Of a DNA stretch of 64,000 bases, positions 10,587-21,239 are shown in pieces; position 1 is the first letter of the stretch, and every line of letters starts with the position of its first letter. The stretch comes from an uncultured Verrucomicrobiae bacterium (lineage in GTDB: Bacteria; Verrucomicrobiota; Verrucomicrobiia; Chthoniobacterales; UBA10450), in NCBI GenBank assembly GCA_963735805.1, contig CAVTMK010000002.1:1600001-1664000 (forward strand), read 5' to 3'. Made by a program: the position numbers and the translations under genes. A model generated the notes under the pieces. That model was given only the letters and a program-made list of their open reading frames with translations, had not been told where the DNA came from and searched no databases.

Positions 10587-10934
10587 CTTTCGCTTGTGAA
10601 TGAGCAGCTTGTTTCCGTCTGGATCGCGAAATTGAGCCATCCAGCAAACTGGGGTCTCAGTCTTTTCGATGTCGAAGGTCACACCGCGTTCTTTAAGCTT
10701 GTCGAACGCGGCATCGATATCGTCTACCTCAAAGGCAATCGTCGTGCCGTCGCGCGACGGTTTCCACGCCGGGTGACAACCCACCCCAATCGTGGTTGGG
10801 CCAAGGTCGTATTCGATCCAGGCACCATCCATCTGGGTTCGGGCAGGTTGTAGTTCGAGTGTCTCCTGATAAAACTTTCGGGCTTGCTCCTTGTCCGAAA
10901 CAGCGACCGCAATAAACGCAATTTCTTTAATCAT
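10581..10934 (-). CDS. VOC/glyoxalase family protein
   Basis: IAF.AVAV, ARKFY, AFEVDD, FRDPDGN. Confidence 0.9.
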   Translation of the reverse strand: MIKEIAFIAVAVSDKEQARKFYQETLELQPARTQMDGAWIEYDLGPTTIGVGCHPAWKPSRDGTTIAFEVDDIDAAFDKLKERGVTFDIEKTETPVCWMAQFRDPDGNKLLIHKRKK

Positions 10935-10938
10935 AACG

Positions 10939-11301
10939 TCACGTGTTTTTCAGTTTATGGATGATGATTTTATTACCATCCGGATCCCGCACGACTGCCA
11001 TCCAGCATACCGGACTCTCTATGTCTTCGGAGGCAAAAGAAGCTTTCGCTTGTTTCAAGCTCTTGATCGCAGCGTCAAAGTCTTCCACTTCAATGGCGAC
11101 GCTGGTCCCGTCTTCAGATGGCTTCCATTGATCGCCCAGGCTGGCGATGGCCAGCGTGTCGGGGCCAATTTCGTACTCCACCCAAACACCGTCGCCAAAT
11201 TCACCTGAGACCTTGAGTCCAAGGACTCCTTCGTAAAAAGCACGGGCACGTTTCATATCAGTTACCGGGATTCCAGTGAACGCGATCTTTTTAGCTTTCA
11301 T
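10939..11301 (-). CDS. VOC/glyoxalase family protein (tandem paralog)
   Basis: [24 protein letters not shown]. Confidence 0.9.
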   Translation of the reverse strand: MKAKKIAFTGIPVTDMKRARAFYEGVLGLKVSGEFGDGVWVEYEIGPDTLAIASLGDQWKPSEDGTSVAIEVEDFDAAIKSLKQAKASFASEDIESPVCWMAVVRDPDGNKIIIHKLKNT

Positions 11302-12488
11302 TTTTCTCCTGCTGCCGCTTTAACGGCCTTTTGGGCGGCATCGGCCAAATCGTCAGCCGCGAGGACGGCCAGACCCGAATCCGCGATCAATTTCTTTCCT
11401 GCTTCGACATTGGTTCCTTCGAGGCGAACAACCAGAGGCACGGATAGCTTTAACGTCTTCGCTGCGTTGATGATTCCCTGCGCAATGATGTCACATTTCA
11501 TGATACCGCCGAAAATGTTGACGAGAATCGCTTTTACTTTCTTGTCGGCGATCAGAATTTTAAACGCTTCAGTCACCTGTTCTTCTGTGGCGCCGCCGCC
11601 GACATCAAGAAAGTTGGCCGGCTCCCCACCATAGAACTTGATGATGTCCATCGTGGCCATCGCGAGGCCGGCTCCGTTCACCAGGCAGGCAATGTTGCCA
11701 TCGAGTCCGATGTAATTAAGACCATGCTTCGACGCTTCGACTTCCCGCGGGTCTTCCTCGGCAATATCGCGCAGCGCCGCGACTTCTGGATGACGATATA
11801 TGGCATTATCATCGAAGTTAAACTTCGCATCGAGCGCCAGCACATCGCCTTTGCTTGTCACAACGAGCGGGTTTACCTCGACCATGGAACAATCGTACGC
11901 AATGAACGTGCGGTAGAGTCCTTCAAATAAGGTCGAAGCGCTCTTCAACTGTGACGAGTCAAAGCCAAGTTGTCTTGCCAGTTTCCGAGTCTGAAATGGC
12001 TGCAGGCCCGCCAACGGATTGATTGGTTCCCGAATAATTTTCTCGGGCGATTTCGCAGCCACGGCTTCAATTTCAACTCCGCCTTCAGTGCTGGCGACAA
12101 TTACCGGCGCAGCGGTCGCTCGATCTAACAAGACCGCAAAATAAATTTCGCGCGCAATGTCAGCGGATTCCGCGACCAGCACTTTATTTACTTTGCGACC
12201 GGCCGGCCCTGTCTGATGTGTGACCAGAATCTCACCAAGCATCTTTGCCGCCACGTCGCCCACCTCCGCTGGTGTTTTGCGAACGTGTACTCCCCCTCTG
12301 AATCCGTTTGTGAACGTGCCTTTGCCACGGCCGCCAGCGTGAATCTGCGCTTTAACGACGATATCAATATCACCGAGTTCCCGTGCGATTTGCTCTGCTT
12401 CGTCAAGTGTTGATGCGACCCTCCCTCTTGTCGTCGCTACATCAAATTTCTTCAGCAATTCCCTGGCTTGATATTCGTGGATATTCAT
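11298..12488 (-). CDS. sucC: succinyl-CoA synthetase beta subunit
   Basis: [49 protein letters not shown]. Confidence 0.97.
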   Translation of the reverse strand: MNIHEYQARELLKKFDVATTRGRVASTLDEAEQIARELGDIDIVVKAQIHAGGRGKGTFTNGFRGGVHVRKTPAEVGDVAAKMLGEILVTHQTGPAGRKVNKVLVAESADIAREIYFAVLLDRATAAPVIVASTEGGVEIEAVAAKSPEKIIREPINPLAGLQPFQTRKLARQLGFDSSQLKSASTLFEGLYRTFIAYDCSMVEVNPLVVTSKGDVLALDAKFNFDDNAIYRHPEVAALRDIAEEDPREVEASKHGLNYIGLDGNIACLVNGAGLAMATMDIIKFYGGEPANFLDVGGGATEEQVTEAFKILIADKKVKAILVNIFGGIMKCDIIAQGIINAAKTLKLSVPLVVRLEGTNVEAGKKLIADSGLAVLAADDLADAAQKAVKAAAGEK

Positions 12489-12593
12489 CTGTGGCTGAGC
12501 AGAAGTGGAATTAGCGTGCTACAGGCTGGTCAGCAACGGTTTTCTCATAATCTGCTTGCGTTACGCGAATCGAAGCCCCTACCCTGACCACCT

Positions 12594-13055
12594 ATGAACA
12601 ACCTCTCGAGAATCAGCATCTTAGCTTGTGCTGTGCTAATCACACTTTCCCTTTCGCTGCACGCTGGCGTTTCCCCGCAAGAGAAAGCATTTACCGACAA
12701 ATATAAAACTGCGTTTGAAGGAAAGGACACAACTACGTTGGAATCGTTCCTTTACACGCAAGGCGCCGACCCGGCGATTGTCGGTTTCTACAAGATGATG
12801 CAGTCGGGAGAGGCCGGGGAGAAAATCTCCAACATCGAGCTGGTCGATCTTACGCCGGAGGATGCGAAAAAAGCAGCGACGGCAATGGATTCGCCGACAG
12901 GCGGTAAAGTTTGCCTGACACTCAAACCGACTAAAAAGTTGATCATCAAAGTCGAGAAAAAAGACGCCAACGGCAGTTCAACCAGTACGAGCGAAAACTT
13001 CATCGCCGAGAAAGACGGCAAGTTTGTTATTCCTGTGCCAGGACCGTGTAAGTGA
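12594..13055 (+). CDS. hypothetical secreted protein
   Basis: Signal peptide; coding-like composition. Confidence 0.7.
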   Translation: MNNLSRISILACAVLITLSLSLHAGVSPQEKAFTDKYKTAFEGKDTTTLESFLYTQGADPAIVGFYKMMQSGEAGEKISNIELVDLTPEDAKKAATAMDSPTGGKVCLTLKPTKKLIIKVEKKDANGSSTSTSENFIAEKDGKFVIPVPGPCK

Positions 13056-13089
13056 CCGGTCGGAAGCGGATCACAGGAATGCAAATGCT

Positions 13090-13113
13090 GTAGCCACGGC
13101 GCTGTGCGCCGTG
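13090..13113 (+). repeat. GTAG-type REP palindrome
   Basis: GTAGC-CACGGCGC-TGT-GCGCCGTG, perfect 8-bp stem between convergent genes. Confidence 0.6.
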
Positions 13114-13138
13114 CCGATCTATACGGGCAACGTTGCCC

Positions 13139-13642
13139 CTATTTTCTTCCCACTTCGAAAAGCGTTCCTACAGTGCGCTGCTCCGTCGGAGGTTCGAGGG
13201 AGTTAACAAAATCCCGAAAGCGTTTGGAGAAGACCTCAGGACGAAGATTCCAATACTGGGCCATCCCGGGCGCGGCAATGTAATGCCGGAGAAGTCCATG
13301 CCAGCCCTCAAAGAGCTGTTTGTCCATCAATCCATAAATATAATGAAAATGAATCGTCTCGAACGCTTTCAAGAATTGATAGGCAGCGTGGAAAAAACGC
13401 GCCCGCTCCTCGACAGAAAGCGAATCGATGTCTTCCAGACCAACCCGCCAGATTCTTTCCACTTCAGCGTTCTCCATGAAAGGTTTGGTGACCTCTCGCA
13501 GGGCTGTCGCCGCGGCGTCTTGTGTTGCAAGCTTGGCCACACGCGTGCCCCGATGCACTTGCAACGCGAGGTATAACACCGACAAAACGACGGCTATCGA
13601 ACCGACTAATTGTGAAACTGCACTAATAGCGTCCCAGTTCAT
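13139..13642 (-). CDS. hypothetical membrane-anchored helical protein (DUF6082-like)
   Basis: MNWDAISAVSQLVGSIAVVLSVLYLALQV N-terminus; PG...YW...FS..FR.FV C-terminus. Confidence 0.75.
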   Translation of the reverse strand: MNWDAISAVSQLVGSIAVVLSVLYLALQVHRGTRVAKLATQDAAATALREVTKPFMENAEVERIWRVGLEDIDSLSVEERARFFHAAYQFLKAFETIHFHYIYGLMDKQLFEGWHGLLRHYIAAPGMAQYWNLRPEVFSKRFRDFVNSLEPPTEQRTVGTLFEVGRK

Positions 13643-13733
13643 CTCCGCTAAAATTTTCACTCAGGGGTGTGGACGAAATAAGATAACAGGAAGTAGTAGA
13701 AGTAGCTCGCTCTGTTTTCCCCAGGGATCAATG

Positions 13734-14219
13734 TTACTGAGTTTTAACAAAAGTATGCAACACGGCTAGCCACTTTCCGCCGCGTTTGTTCCAGAGTGTA
13801 GCCGCGTAATAGGTACCTGACGTGTCATGCCCAGATGAGGTGGATTGCGTAGTAACTTTGTATTTCGCTATTGCCATTTTGGGACTCAACAGCGTCACTT
13901 TCATATCGGCGAACGAGTAATTCCGGAGATCAGTCTTCTGCATGTCCTCGACTTCAGCGTCCGCATCTTTGATTCCTTCCGCGTCAACCGCGCTGAACTC
14001 AGGATCCAGATATTGCTTAAACAAATTTGTCTGCTTGTTCTTGAACGCGTCCGTGACGGATTTTTCCAACTTTACTATTGTCGCCTCCTTGGTCGCCGAT
14101 CTGATCGTCTTAAACGGAGTGGCACTTGGGCTCAGGCTTGGGCTCGGACTCTCCTGACCAAAGCAAATGGAAGCGGCTGCAACCAAACTAAAACAACAAA
14201 TAATAAATCGCCTTTTCAT
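13734..14219 (-). CDS. secreted NTF2-like (DUF4440) protein
   Basis: Signal peptide, Ser/Pro linker, WNKRGGKWLAVLH end. Confidence 0.8.
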   Translation of the reverse strand: MKRRFIICCFSLVAAASICFGQESPSPSLSPSATPFKTIRSATKEATIVKLEKSVTDAFKNKQTNLFKQYLDPEFSAVDAEGIKDADAEVEDMQKTDLRNYSFADMKVTLLSPKMAIAKYKVTTQSTSSGHDTSGTYYAATLWNKRGGKWLAVLHTFVKTQ

Positions 14220-14376
14220 AGTGGATTCTTAGGACAGTCCAATACCGCGGTCGACTTTTTTCTGACTTCCTGACCGCTGATCTTTGATCGATCAGCGCGA
14301 AGTCGAACTCAGAAATCCCGAAAGCGCGCAGAAGCTATTAAGCAAATTTTGATTCGCACTCGGCATTCGGTCGTGG

Positions 14377-15198
14377 TCAGCGCGTCGCTCTAGCTTTGTG
14401 GACTACCCAGCCAAGCGCGGCATTGGGAGTAGTAGGAAGAGCACGCAGCTCTGCGAATCCCGCCGCGAGCTGCGATGCGCGCGCTCCACCTGTTTGAGCA
14501 AGGCCTGGCAGCGTGCTCTCGACAACTCCGGCGACGTATGGGACCTGGCGGAGGAGGTCCTTGCTAGCATAAGCCAGCCGAATCTCTCCGGGATCAACGG
14601 AGCTAAACCCTGCTTCCGCTAGCCATTCGGGAAGACGGGTGCCGGCGTCGCTTCGACCCGCACTCTCCATCGTACGGGCCACAGTAACAAACAATGCTTT
14701 GAGCGCCTCGCTGGCTGGGGAGGCCCATATGGTATTGTAATCAACCTCAATCGCCGTCACGGCGCCGTTTGGGGCGAGCACCCGTCGGGCCTCACGCAGA
14801 GCGGCTACTGGATCCGCCAAGTGCTCGAGGACCCACATCATCCAAACGTGATCGAAGAATGCGTCGGGCCACGGAAGTCCGAGTGCATTCGCCTGGCGAA
14901 GGTCAGCCTTCAGACCGAGCCGAGCGAGGTGAGCGTGAGCTGCTTCCAGTTGGCGCGCCTCGATGTCCACACCAGCCAATACGACTCCAGGAAAAGCCAT
15001 GCCGAGGATGCCCAGCACGGCACCGACACCACACCCGACTTCTAGCAGGCGCGTTCCGGGAGCGAGTGTCGTCCCAGCAAGAATCAATTCGTCCCGCCAG
15101 TGCTCTGCCTGCCGCAGTAGACGTTCTTGCTCTGCGGTTGCGTAGCCGTGAACGTACTCCTCACCTATTTGGGTGCTCGCAGCGTCTAACTTTTTCAC
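14377..15198 (-). CDS. class I SAM-dependent methyltransferase
   Basis: LLEVGCGVG, LPWPDAFFD, ARRVLAPNG. Confidence 0.9.
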   Translation of the reverse strand: MKKLDAASTQIGEEYVHGYATAEQERLLRQAEHWRDELILAGTTLAPGTRLLEVGCGVGAVLGILGMAFPGVVLAGVDIEARQLEAAHAHLARLGLKADLRQANALGLPWPDAFFDHVWMMWVLEHLADPVAALREARRVLAPNGAVTAIEVDYNTIWASPASEALKALFVTVARTMESAGRSDAGTRLPEWLAEAGFSSVDPGEIRLAYASKDLLRQVPYVAGVVESTLPGLAQTGGARASQLAAGFAELRALPTTPNAALGWVVHKARATR

Positions 15199-15310
15199 TG
15201 TGGACGCCTAGGCCAAAACGCCAACTCGGTCGAATATTTTTTGCCCGATGGCTTTTAATTCGCCGAAGAACAGATGCGGTTTGGCGACAGCCTGACTTGA
15301 GCCGTTCTCT

Positions 15311-16300
15311 TCACTCAACCGCCGACGACGGCGGCTCGGGTGGAAGATTCGCGGAAGGTGCTACCGGTGGCGGAGCAGCTGATAAGATGGGCAGGAATTC
15401 AGACGGCATGAAGCTTGCCCACACGTCGTAATCCGGCCCGAACTGGCGAAGAAACACAAGTGAAAACGAGCGAAACAAAACAAACACCGGCAGCAAAATT
15501 ACAGTGCCGATGTAAGGAAGTGCGGCGACGCAGCAGGTGAGGCAGATGGCAAAGCAACTGATCAATCCAGTAGCGATTACGAGGACGATCAGGAACAAAC
15601 AATAGAGAAGGATCTCCCCGGGATGCGCTGCGATCAATGATACCGCTGCGCGAAAAGCGTCATAGGGTCGACAACGACGGCGGTACATCACGGGCAGCAT
15701 GAAGCTCGTGACCAGCGCCCAGACAACGATCACAAGCAGGATCACGAACACCCAGGCGGCGATTGCCAAGACGACGTAAACATCCAAGCGATCGCGATGC
15801 AGAGACAGGTAGTAACGACCTTTGATCGCCAGGATAATGAGCGGCAGCGAGACCAACGCTGCGAACATGACAACGACAAAAGTAGCCACTAGCGAAAAGA
15901 GAAAGTAGCTGTTGCCCTCTTTTTGAAATTCGCGCCACGGTTCGGCGATTGCGCCGCGGTTCTTTACCAGACAGTCGATGAACATGAAACCGCCGCGCGC
16001 TCGCAACCATGTAAACAAAACGATAAAAACAAGGACAACGAAAATCAGAAGAGAAATACCAAGCACCAGAATCGGATGCGGAATCTGACTGATCACATCA
16101 TTTACTTTCTGCACTTCCTCGTGGCGATTGAATTGATAATTAAAATTGCCGCCACCACTACCCAGGTTTGCCAGCCATGCCGCAAAGCCAATAATGAACC
16201 ATTTTTTCAAATCGAATGGGTGAAAAAGAATTTTCTTTGTCAACTCGAAAGCTTCACCAAACGGTTTGAAGATCTCGATGTCTCGGTCTGTGGCGTTCAT
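15311..16300 (-). CDS. hypothetical polytopic membrane protein
   Basis: PFDLKKWF.IGF..WLA, several TM helices, TCC motif, Pro-rich tail. Confidence 0.75.
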   Translation of the reverse strand: MNATDRDIEIFKPFGEAFELTKKILFHPFDLKKWFIIGFAAWLANLGSGGGNFNYQFNRHEEVQKVNDVISQIPHPILVLGISLLIFVVLVFIVLFTWLRARGGFMFIDCLVKNRGAIAEPWREFQKEGNSYFLFSLVATFVVVMFAALVSLPLIILAIKGRYYLSLHRDRLDVYVVLAIAAWVFVILLVIVVWALVTSFMLPVMYRRRCRPYDAFRAAVSLIAAHPGEILLYCLFLIVLVIATGLISCFAICLTCCVAALPYIGTVILLPVFVLFRSFSLVFLRQFGPDYDVWASFMPSEFLPILSAAPPPVAPSANLPPEPPSSAVE

Positions 16301-16539
16301 GGGATGCATTTTGAAACGCTTCGACATCTGCGATCAATCCTCAAAACCGCCGGAACGCGCTTTGTTTTACAAGTCACATGCTCCGCGCAGCCAGCTGCAA
16401 GGCTTGAACCTCTCGTTGCGAGCACCAGTTCGGCTCCCTAATGGCTGCTTCACTTCGTCACAATTTGCATTGGCCGATTGTCAATGCGTGCTGCAAGATC
16501 GATGGCGATAAACATGAAACATTCAACACATGCTATCGA

Positions 16540-17472
16540 ATGAAGACCGGTAACATCCCTTTTCTCAACGAAGGTCAGATCCGCCAGCATTTGCGTATGA
16601 CCGACTTGATTCCAGCGATGGAGAAAGCGCTAATTGATTTCTCGGACGGCAAAGTAACTCAACCGGTGCGCTCGGTCATCAAGGTCGATCCTCCGGGCGG
16701 GTTCCTTGGGTTGATGCCCGCGTTAACACCGGACGGACTTGGACTAAAGGCAGTTACCTTCTATCCGTCGAACGTGGAGCGCAGGATTCCGACGCACATG
16801 GCGACGATTTTTCTTATCGATCCGCAGACCGGCACGCCATTGGCAATCATGGATGGAAGGTTGATCACCGAGATGCGCACTGCTGCCGTTTCCGCCGTGG
16901 CAACGAAACTTCTCGCGCCACAAGACTCAAGAATTCTCGCGATTCTCGGAAGCGGTGTGCAGGGGCGCAGCCACGCCGAAGCGCTGCGACTCGTTAGGCA
17001 CCTTGACGCAATTCGCGTTTGGAGTCCAACGCGCGAACGCGCGGAGCAATTCGCCAAGGAAATTGGCGCAAAGGCAATGCCTGCCGAAGACGCAGTGCGC
17101 GGTGCAGATGTTGTAGTCACCGCCACGAACGCGAAGACACCGGTGCTAAAAGGTTCCTGGCTCAAACCGGGTTGTCACGTCAACGCCGTTGGTGCATGTC
17201 GTCCAGATTGGCGCGAATTAGATGATGATGCGATGGCGAACGTCCTGTTCGTTGATTCGCGCGAAGGCGCGATGAAAGAATCGGGCGATATCATTTTATC
17301 GCATGCAAAGATTTATGCGGAATTGGGTGAAGCGCTCACCGGTAAAGTTCCATCCCGCGCAGATGAAACGACAATCTTCAAGTCGCTTGGCATGGCCGTG
17401 GAAGATATTGCCGCGGCTATGTTGGTGTATCGATCGGCAATTCAACCCGACATTGAGCCTGCTGGAATCTGA
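16540..17472 (+). CDS. ornithine cyclodeaminase / mu-crystallin family protein
   Basis: ITEMRTAAVSA, GSGVQG, NAVGA, FKSLGMAVED. Confidence 0.93.
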   Translation: MKTGNIPFLNEGQIRQHLRMTDLIPAMEKALIDFSDGKVTQPVRSVIKVDPPGGFLGLMPALTPDGLGLKAVTFYPSNVERRIPTHMATIFLIDPQTGTPLAIMDGRLITEMRTAAVSAVATKLLAPQDSRILAILGSGVQGRSHAEALRLVRHLDAIRVWSPTRERAEQFAKEIGAKAMPAEDAVRGADVVVTATNAKTPVLKGSWLKPGCHVNAVGACRPDWRELDDDAMANVLFVDSREGAMKESGDIILSHAKIYAELGEALTGKVPSRADETTIFKSLGMAVEDIAAAMLVYRSAIQPDIEPAGI

Positions 17473-17531
17473 AGCGGATCGTTCAAGACAAACGCTTGCA
17501 AAGCGTAAACACGCCGGAACAATTGCCTGCA

Positions 17532-19505
17532 ATGTCCATTGATGCGGAAAGCCTCAATTCGAAAATTGCACGCGCGGTTGCTGACGGAGCGCTAATGGAA
17601 TCGACCGCGAAGAATATCCGTTTGCTGCTTGGTAGCGACCGTTCACATCTCTATTTCCAGTCCATTGCGGAACTGGCCTCCAAAAATGACTGGTCGGAAC
17701 TAAACGATCGCTTTTACAGGACGCTCGCATTTGGGACAGGCGGTCTGCGCGGCCGCACCATCGGAAAAATTGTGACCGTTGCAGAACGCGGAAACGCGCC
17801 CGCAGGTGAGCGACCCGAATTTCCGTGCGTCGGAACAAATGCGATGAACTTCTTCAACATCAGTCGCGCAACGCAGGGCCTCGCTGCCTATCTGCACGGT
17901 TGCAACGCGCGCGCGAACATCTCAAGCAAACCGAAACTCGTAATCGCCCATGATCCGCGATTCTTCTCCGACCAGTTCGCTCAGCTGGCCGCAAAAGTCG
18001 CGTCCGAGAACGGTTGCAATGCGTTTGTGTTTGAAGGCCCGCGTTCCGTGCCGGAACTTTCTTTTGCAGTCCGTTATCTCAGGGCGAACGCAGGCGTGGT
18101 GATCACAGCGAGCCACAATCCTCCGTACGATAACGGCTACAAAGTTTACTTCAGCGACGGCGCGCAGGTGATCGAGCCACATGCGAGTGGGATCATTGAA
18201 AAGGTGAACGCGATTTCGTCCGAATCTTACGAGTCGTTATCAATGGATCGGCAGGGAAAAATTACAATCGTGGGCAGAGAAATCGACGAAGCGTACATGC
18301 GACGACTCGAGACGCTCGTTCTGGACCCAACGGTTATTTCTGAGGCGAAATCGCTGAAGATTATCTATACACCTCTTCATGGGACCGGCACTGTGATCAT
18401 AAAACCGATGCTCAAGCGACTTGGCTTCAATTTCAAACTCGTGCCGGAACAGGACCATTTCGATGGACGATTTCCTACTGTGAAATCACCAAATCCGGAA
18501 AACGCCGAAGCGTTAACAATGGCAATCAATATGGCCGAGAACGAAGATGCCGATGTGGTGGTCGCGACCGATCCAGACTGCGACCGGGTCGGCGCGGCGA
18601 TTCGCGCCAGCGATGGAAAAATGAAATTGCTGACGGGGAATCAAATCGGGTCACTGATTGCCTGGTACCGAATCAGGACGCTCTTCGAGAAGGGCGTGCT
18701 GAATGGACAAAACGCTTCCCGTGGGGTCATCATCAAAACCTTTGTTACAACTGACCTGCAAAAAGCTATCGCAGCACATTACGGTCTGCGCTGCGTCGAG
18801 ACATTGACCGGCTTCAAATACATTGGCGCGAAGCTCGGCAAATATGAACGCGCAATTCCGGAACGGCTGCGCAAGAATTATGTCAATCTTTCCGAAGAAG
18901 AAACGCGGAAACTTCGCCTCGAACATTCTTCATTTTACGTTTTCGGCGGCGAAGAAAGTTATGGCTATAGCGGAGCGGATTTTATCCGCGACAAAGACGG
19001 GAATGGTGCGGTAATCATGTTTTGCGAAGTAGCCGCCTACGCAAAGGCGCACCGCAAAACCGTCGATCAATTACTCGATGATATTTATTCCGAGTTCGGT
19101 TATTTCACCGAGAAAACCGGTTCGCTCGTTTTCGAAGGCGCAGAAGGTGCAGCGAAAATCGCGCGTCTTATCGAGTCTTATGCCATGGATCCATTCGGAC
19201 AGGTAGTCGGCTCAAAAGTTACAAACATCAGGAATTTTGAAACTGACGAGATCAGGGATGTGGAAGGCGACCGGATTCCGAAGGAAAAAATGTTGATATT
19301 CGAGTTAGAAGATGGAACTCGCATCGCGGTGCGCCCGTCGGGAACCGAACCCAAGATTAAGTATTATCTTTTCGCGCATCGCAGGCCGGAGAACGGAAAA
19401 TTCAATCCCGCAGAGCTCGATCTGATCAAGAGACAAGTTGGAGAAAAACTCGATCGTCTTTGGGATTGGCTGCAAAAGGACGCACAGTCACGTCTGAGTA
19501 AATAG
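17532..19505 (+). CDS. phospho-sugar mutase (PGM/PMM family)
   Basis: FGTGGLRG, TASHNP, DPDCDR, GGEESYG, RPSGTEPKIK. Confidence 0.95.
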   Translation: MSIDAESLNSKIARAVADGALMESTAKNIRLLLGSDRSHLYFQSIAELASKNDWSELNDRFYRTLAFGTGGLRGRTIGKIVTVAERGNAPAGERPEFPCVGTNAMNFFNISRATQGLAAYLHGCNARANISSKPKLVIAHDPRFFSDQFAQLAAKVASENGCNAFVFEGPRSVPELSFAVRYLRANAGVVITASHNPPYDNGYKVYFSDGAQVIEPHASGIIEKVNAISSESYESLSMDRQGKITIVGREIDEAYMRRLETLVLDPTVISEAKSLKIIYTPLHGTGTVIIKPMLKRLGFNFKLVPEQDHFDGRFPTVKSPNPENAEALTMAINMAENEDADVVVATDPDCDRVGAAIRASDGKMKLLTGNQIGSLIAWYRIRTLFEKGVLNGQNASRGVIIKTFVTTDLQKAIAAHYGLRCVETLTGFKYIGAKLGKYERAIPERLRKNYVNLSEEETRKLRLEHSSFYVFGGEESYGYSGADFIRDKDGNGAVIMFCEVAAYAKAHRKTVDQLLDDIYSEFGYFTEKTGSLVFEGAEGAAKIARLIESYAMDPFGQVVGSKVTNIRNFETDEIRDVEGDRIPKEKMLIFELEDGTRIAVRPSGTEPKIKYYLFAHRRPENGKFNPAELDLIKRQVGEKLDRLWDWLQKDAQSRLSK

Positions 19506-19510
19506 TTGAC

Positions 19511-21184
19511 GTGAAACGGCTATCTAAGGTGCTGCCGGTTTGGCCGTGGCTGGCAGCAATCGCCAGCGGACTTCTCTACACGGGCTGTTTTGCTCCCTTT
19601 AATTTCACGTGGCTGTGCTGGATTGCTCTCGCGCCGCTTATCGCTGCGGTTTGGTTTTCCGGTAAGGGGTTACGTTATCGCTGGCTTCACAATCTCCTGC
19701 TCGGCTATGTCACCGGTCTGACCTTTTTCTGGACGGCTTTCTCCTGGCTCACAACCGTCACCGTTCCAGGCTGGTTTGTTCTCGCATTCTACATGGCGAT
19801 TTATTTCGCGCTTTGGGCATTGTTGTGCGGCCTGCTTCAACCACGAGAAAAAAGGAGGGAATCAGGTTCGACGAAATGGGAACGGATGCTTACTCAGGCG
19901 CACACCACCGCAGTTTCGTCGCGATCGCCGTGGACAAAATCGACCAATAATCTCCTGCTCGCCTTCCTTCTTGCTGCTGCATGGGTGACACAGGAATGGT
20001 TGCGCGGTTGGGTGTTGTCTGGTTTCGGTTGGAACGGCCTCGGCATCGCGTTACATGACACCTGGCCGCTGATCCAAATCGCGGAGTTTACCGGCGTTGC
20101 TGGATTATCGTTCATGGTCGCGTTTGCGAATGTCATCGCCGTTACAACCGTATGCCGTTTGTTTATTGAAGCGCACACACGCTCAGTGCGTCCACATTTT
20201 GATCTGACGCTCACACTGGCGGCCATCGTGGGCGTGCTTACTTTTGGAATTCGCGCCACCCAGTTTTCTCCGCCCACAAAACCGCTCCGGGTTGCTGCCG
20301 TGCAATCGAATGTGCCCCAGAGTCAAAAGTTCGACCCACAATTTATGCACAGGATCTTCGATCAATTCCGGCGGTTGAGCGAGATTGCGCTGCACTCTAA
20401 TCCGCCACCTGATTTATTGGTCTGGCCGGAAAGCTCAATGCCCGGACCGGTTCTTGCAGACCGGGAAAGTTACCAATTCGTGATGGACCTGGCCGCATCG
20501 GGCGACAGCGACATTCTTTTGGGGACGATCGACGAAGAGAATCGAGATGTTTATAATGCCGCGTTGCTTGTTTCCGATAGCGGCGAACAGGTGCAGGTTT
20601 ATCGAAAGCTGCATCTGGTTCCTTTCGGCGAATATGTTCCGGGGCGACACCGCGTGCCGCTGCTGGCCCGAATTGTCGGCGACCAGGTCCCTGGCGATTT
20701 TAAAGCGGGCAAGAACTACACGGTATTTGAACTAACAAACAGCGACGTGAAGGTGGCCCCGCTGATTTGTTTCGAAGACACAATCGGCGAATTGACCAGG
20801 CGATTCGTGCTTCCAACCGAAACTACTCCCGGTGCGAATCTGCTAGTGGACATAACAAATGACGGATGGTTTTTACATTCCGCCGGTTCGCATCAACACC
20901 TGGCTAACGCAATTTTTCGTTGCGTGGAAACACGTCGCCCGATGGTTCGTGCCGCGAACACCGGAGTCACCTGTTTTGTAAACGAATTCGGTCGCGTCAC
21001 CCAAAAATTGCAGGACGACAAGGGAAGTACATTCACAGAAGGTGTGCTCACAGGCGAGGCAGAGGTGCCCACCGAGCACGAGCTAACCTTTTATGTGCGC
21101 CATGGCGAATTGTTCGCGAAAATCTGCACAGTTGTAGGTGCGTTGGCGACGGTCTTTGCACTAGCGCGGCACAAATGGCTGTAG
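19511..21184 (+). CDS. lnt: apolipoprotein N-acyltransferase
   Basis: WPES, YRKLHLVPFGEY, ICFE, TNDGWF, RAANTG. Confidence 0.95.
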   Translation: MKRLSKVLPVWPWLAAIASGLLYTGCFAPFNFTWLCWIALAPLIAAVWFSGKGLRYRWLHNLLLGYVTGLTFFWTAFSWLTTVTVPGWFVLAFYMAIYFALWALLCGLLQPREKRRESGSTKWERMLTQAHTTAVSSRSPWTKSTNNLLLAFLLAAAWVTQEWLRGWVLSGFGWNGLGIALHDTWPLIQIAEFTGVAGLSFMVAFANVIAVTTVCRLFIEAHTRSVRPHFDLTLTLAAIVGVLTFGIRATQFSPPTKPLRVAAVQSNVPQSQKFDPQFMHRIFDQFRRLSEIALHSNPPPDLLVWPESSMPGPVLADRESYQFVMDLAASGDSDILLGTIDEENRDVYNAALLVSDSGEQVQVYRKLHLVPFGEYVPGRHRVPLLARIVGDQVPGDFKAGKNYTVFELTNSDVKVAPLICFEDTIGELTRRFVLPTETTPGANLLVDITNDGWFLHSAGSHQHLANAIFRCVETRRPMVRAANTGVTCFVNEFGRVTQKLQDDKGSTFTEGVLTGEAEVPTEHELTFYVRHGELFAKICTVVGALATVFALARHKWL

Positions 21185-21239
21185 AAACGCGAGAATAAAG
21201 CTGAAAAACTGACGCCGTTGATTCACGATCTGATGCGAC

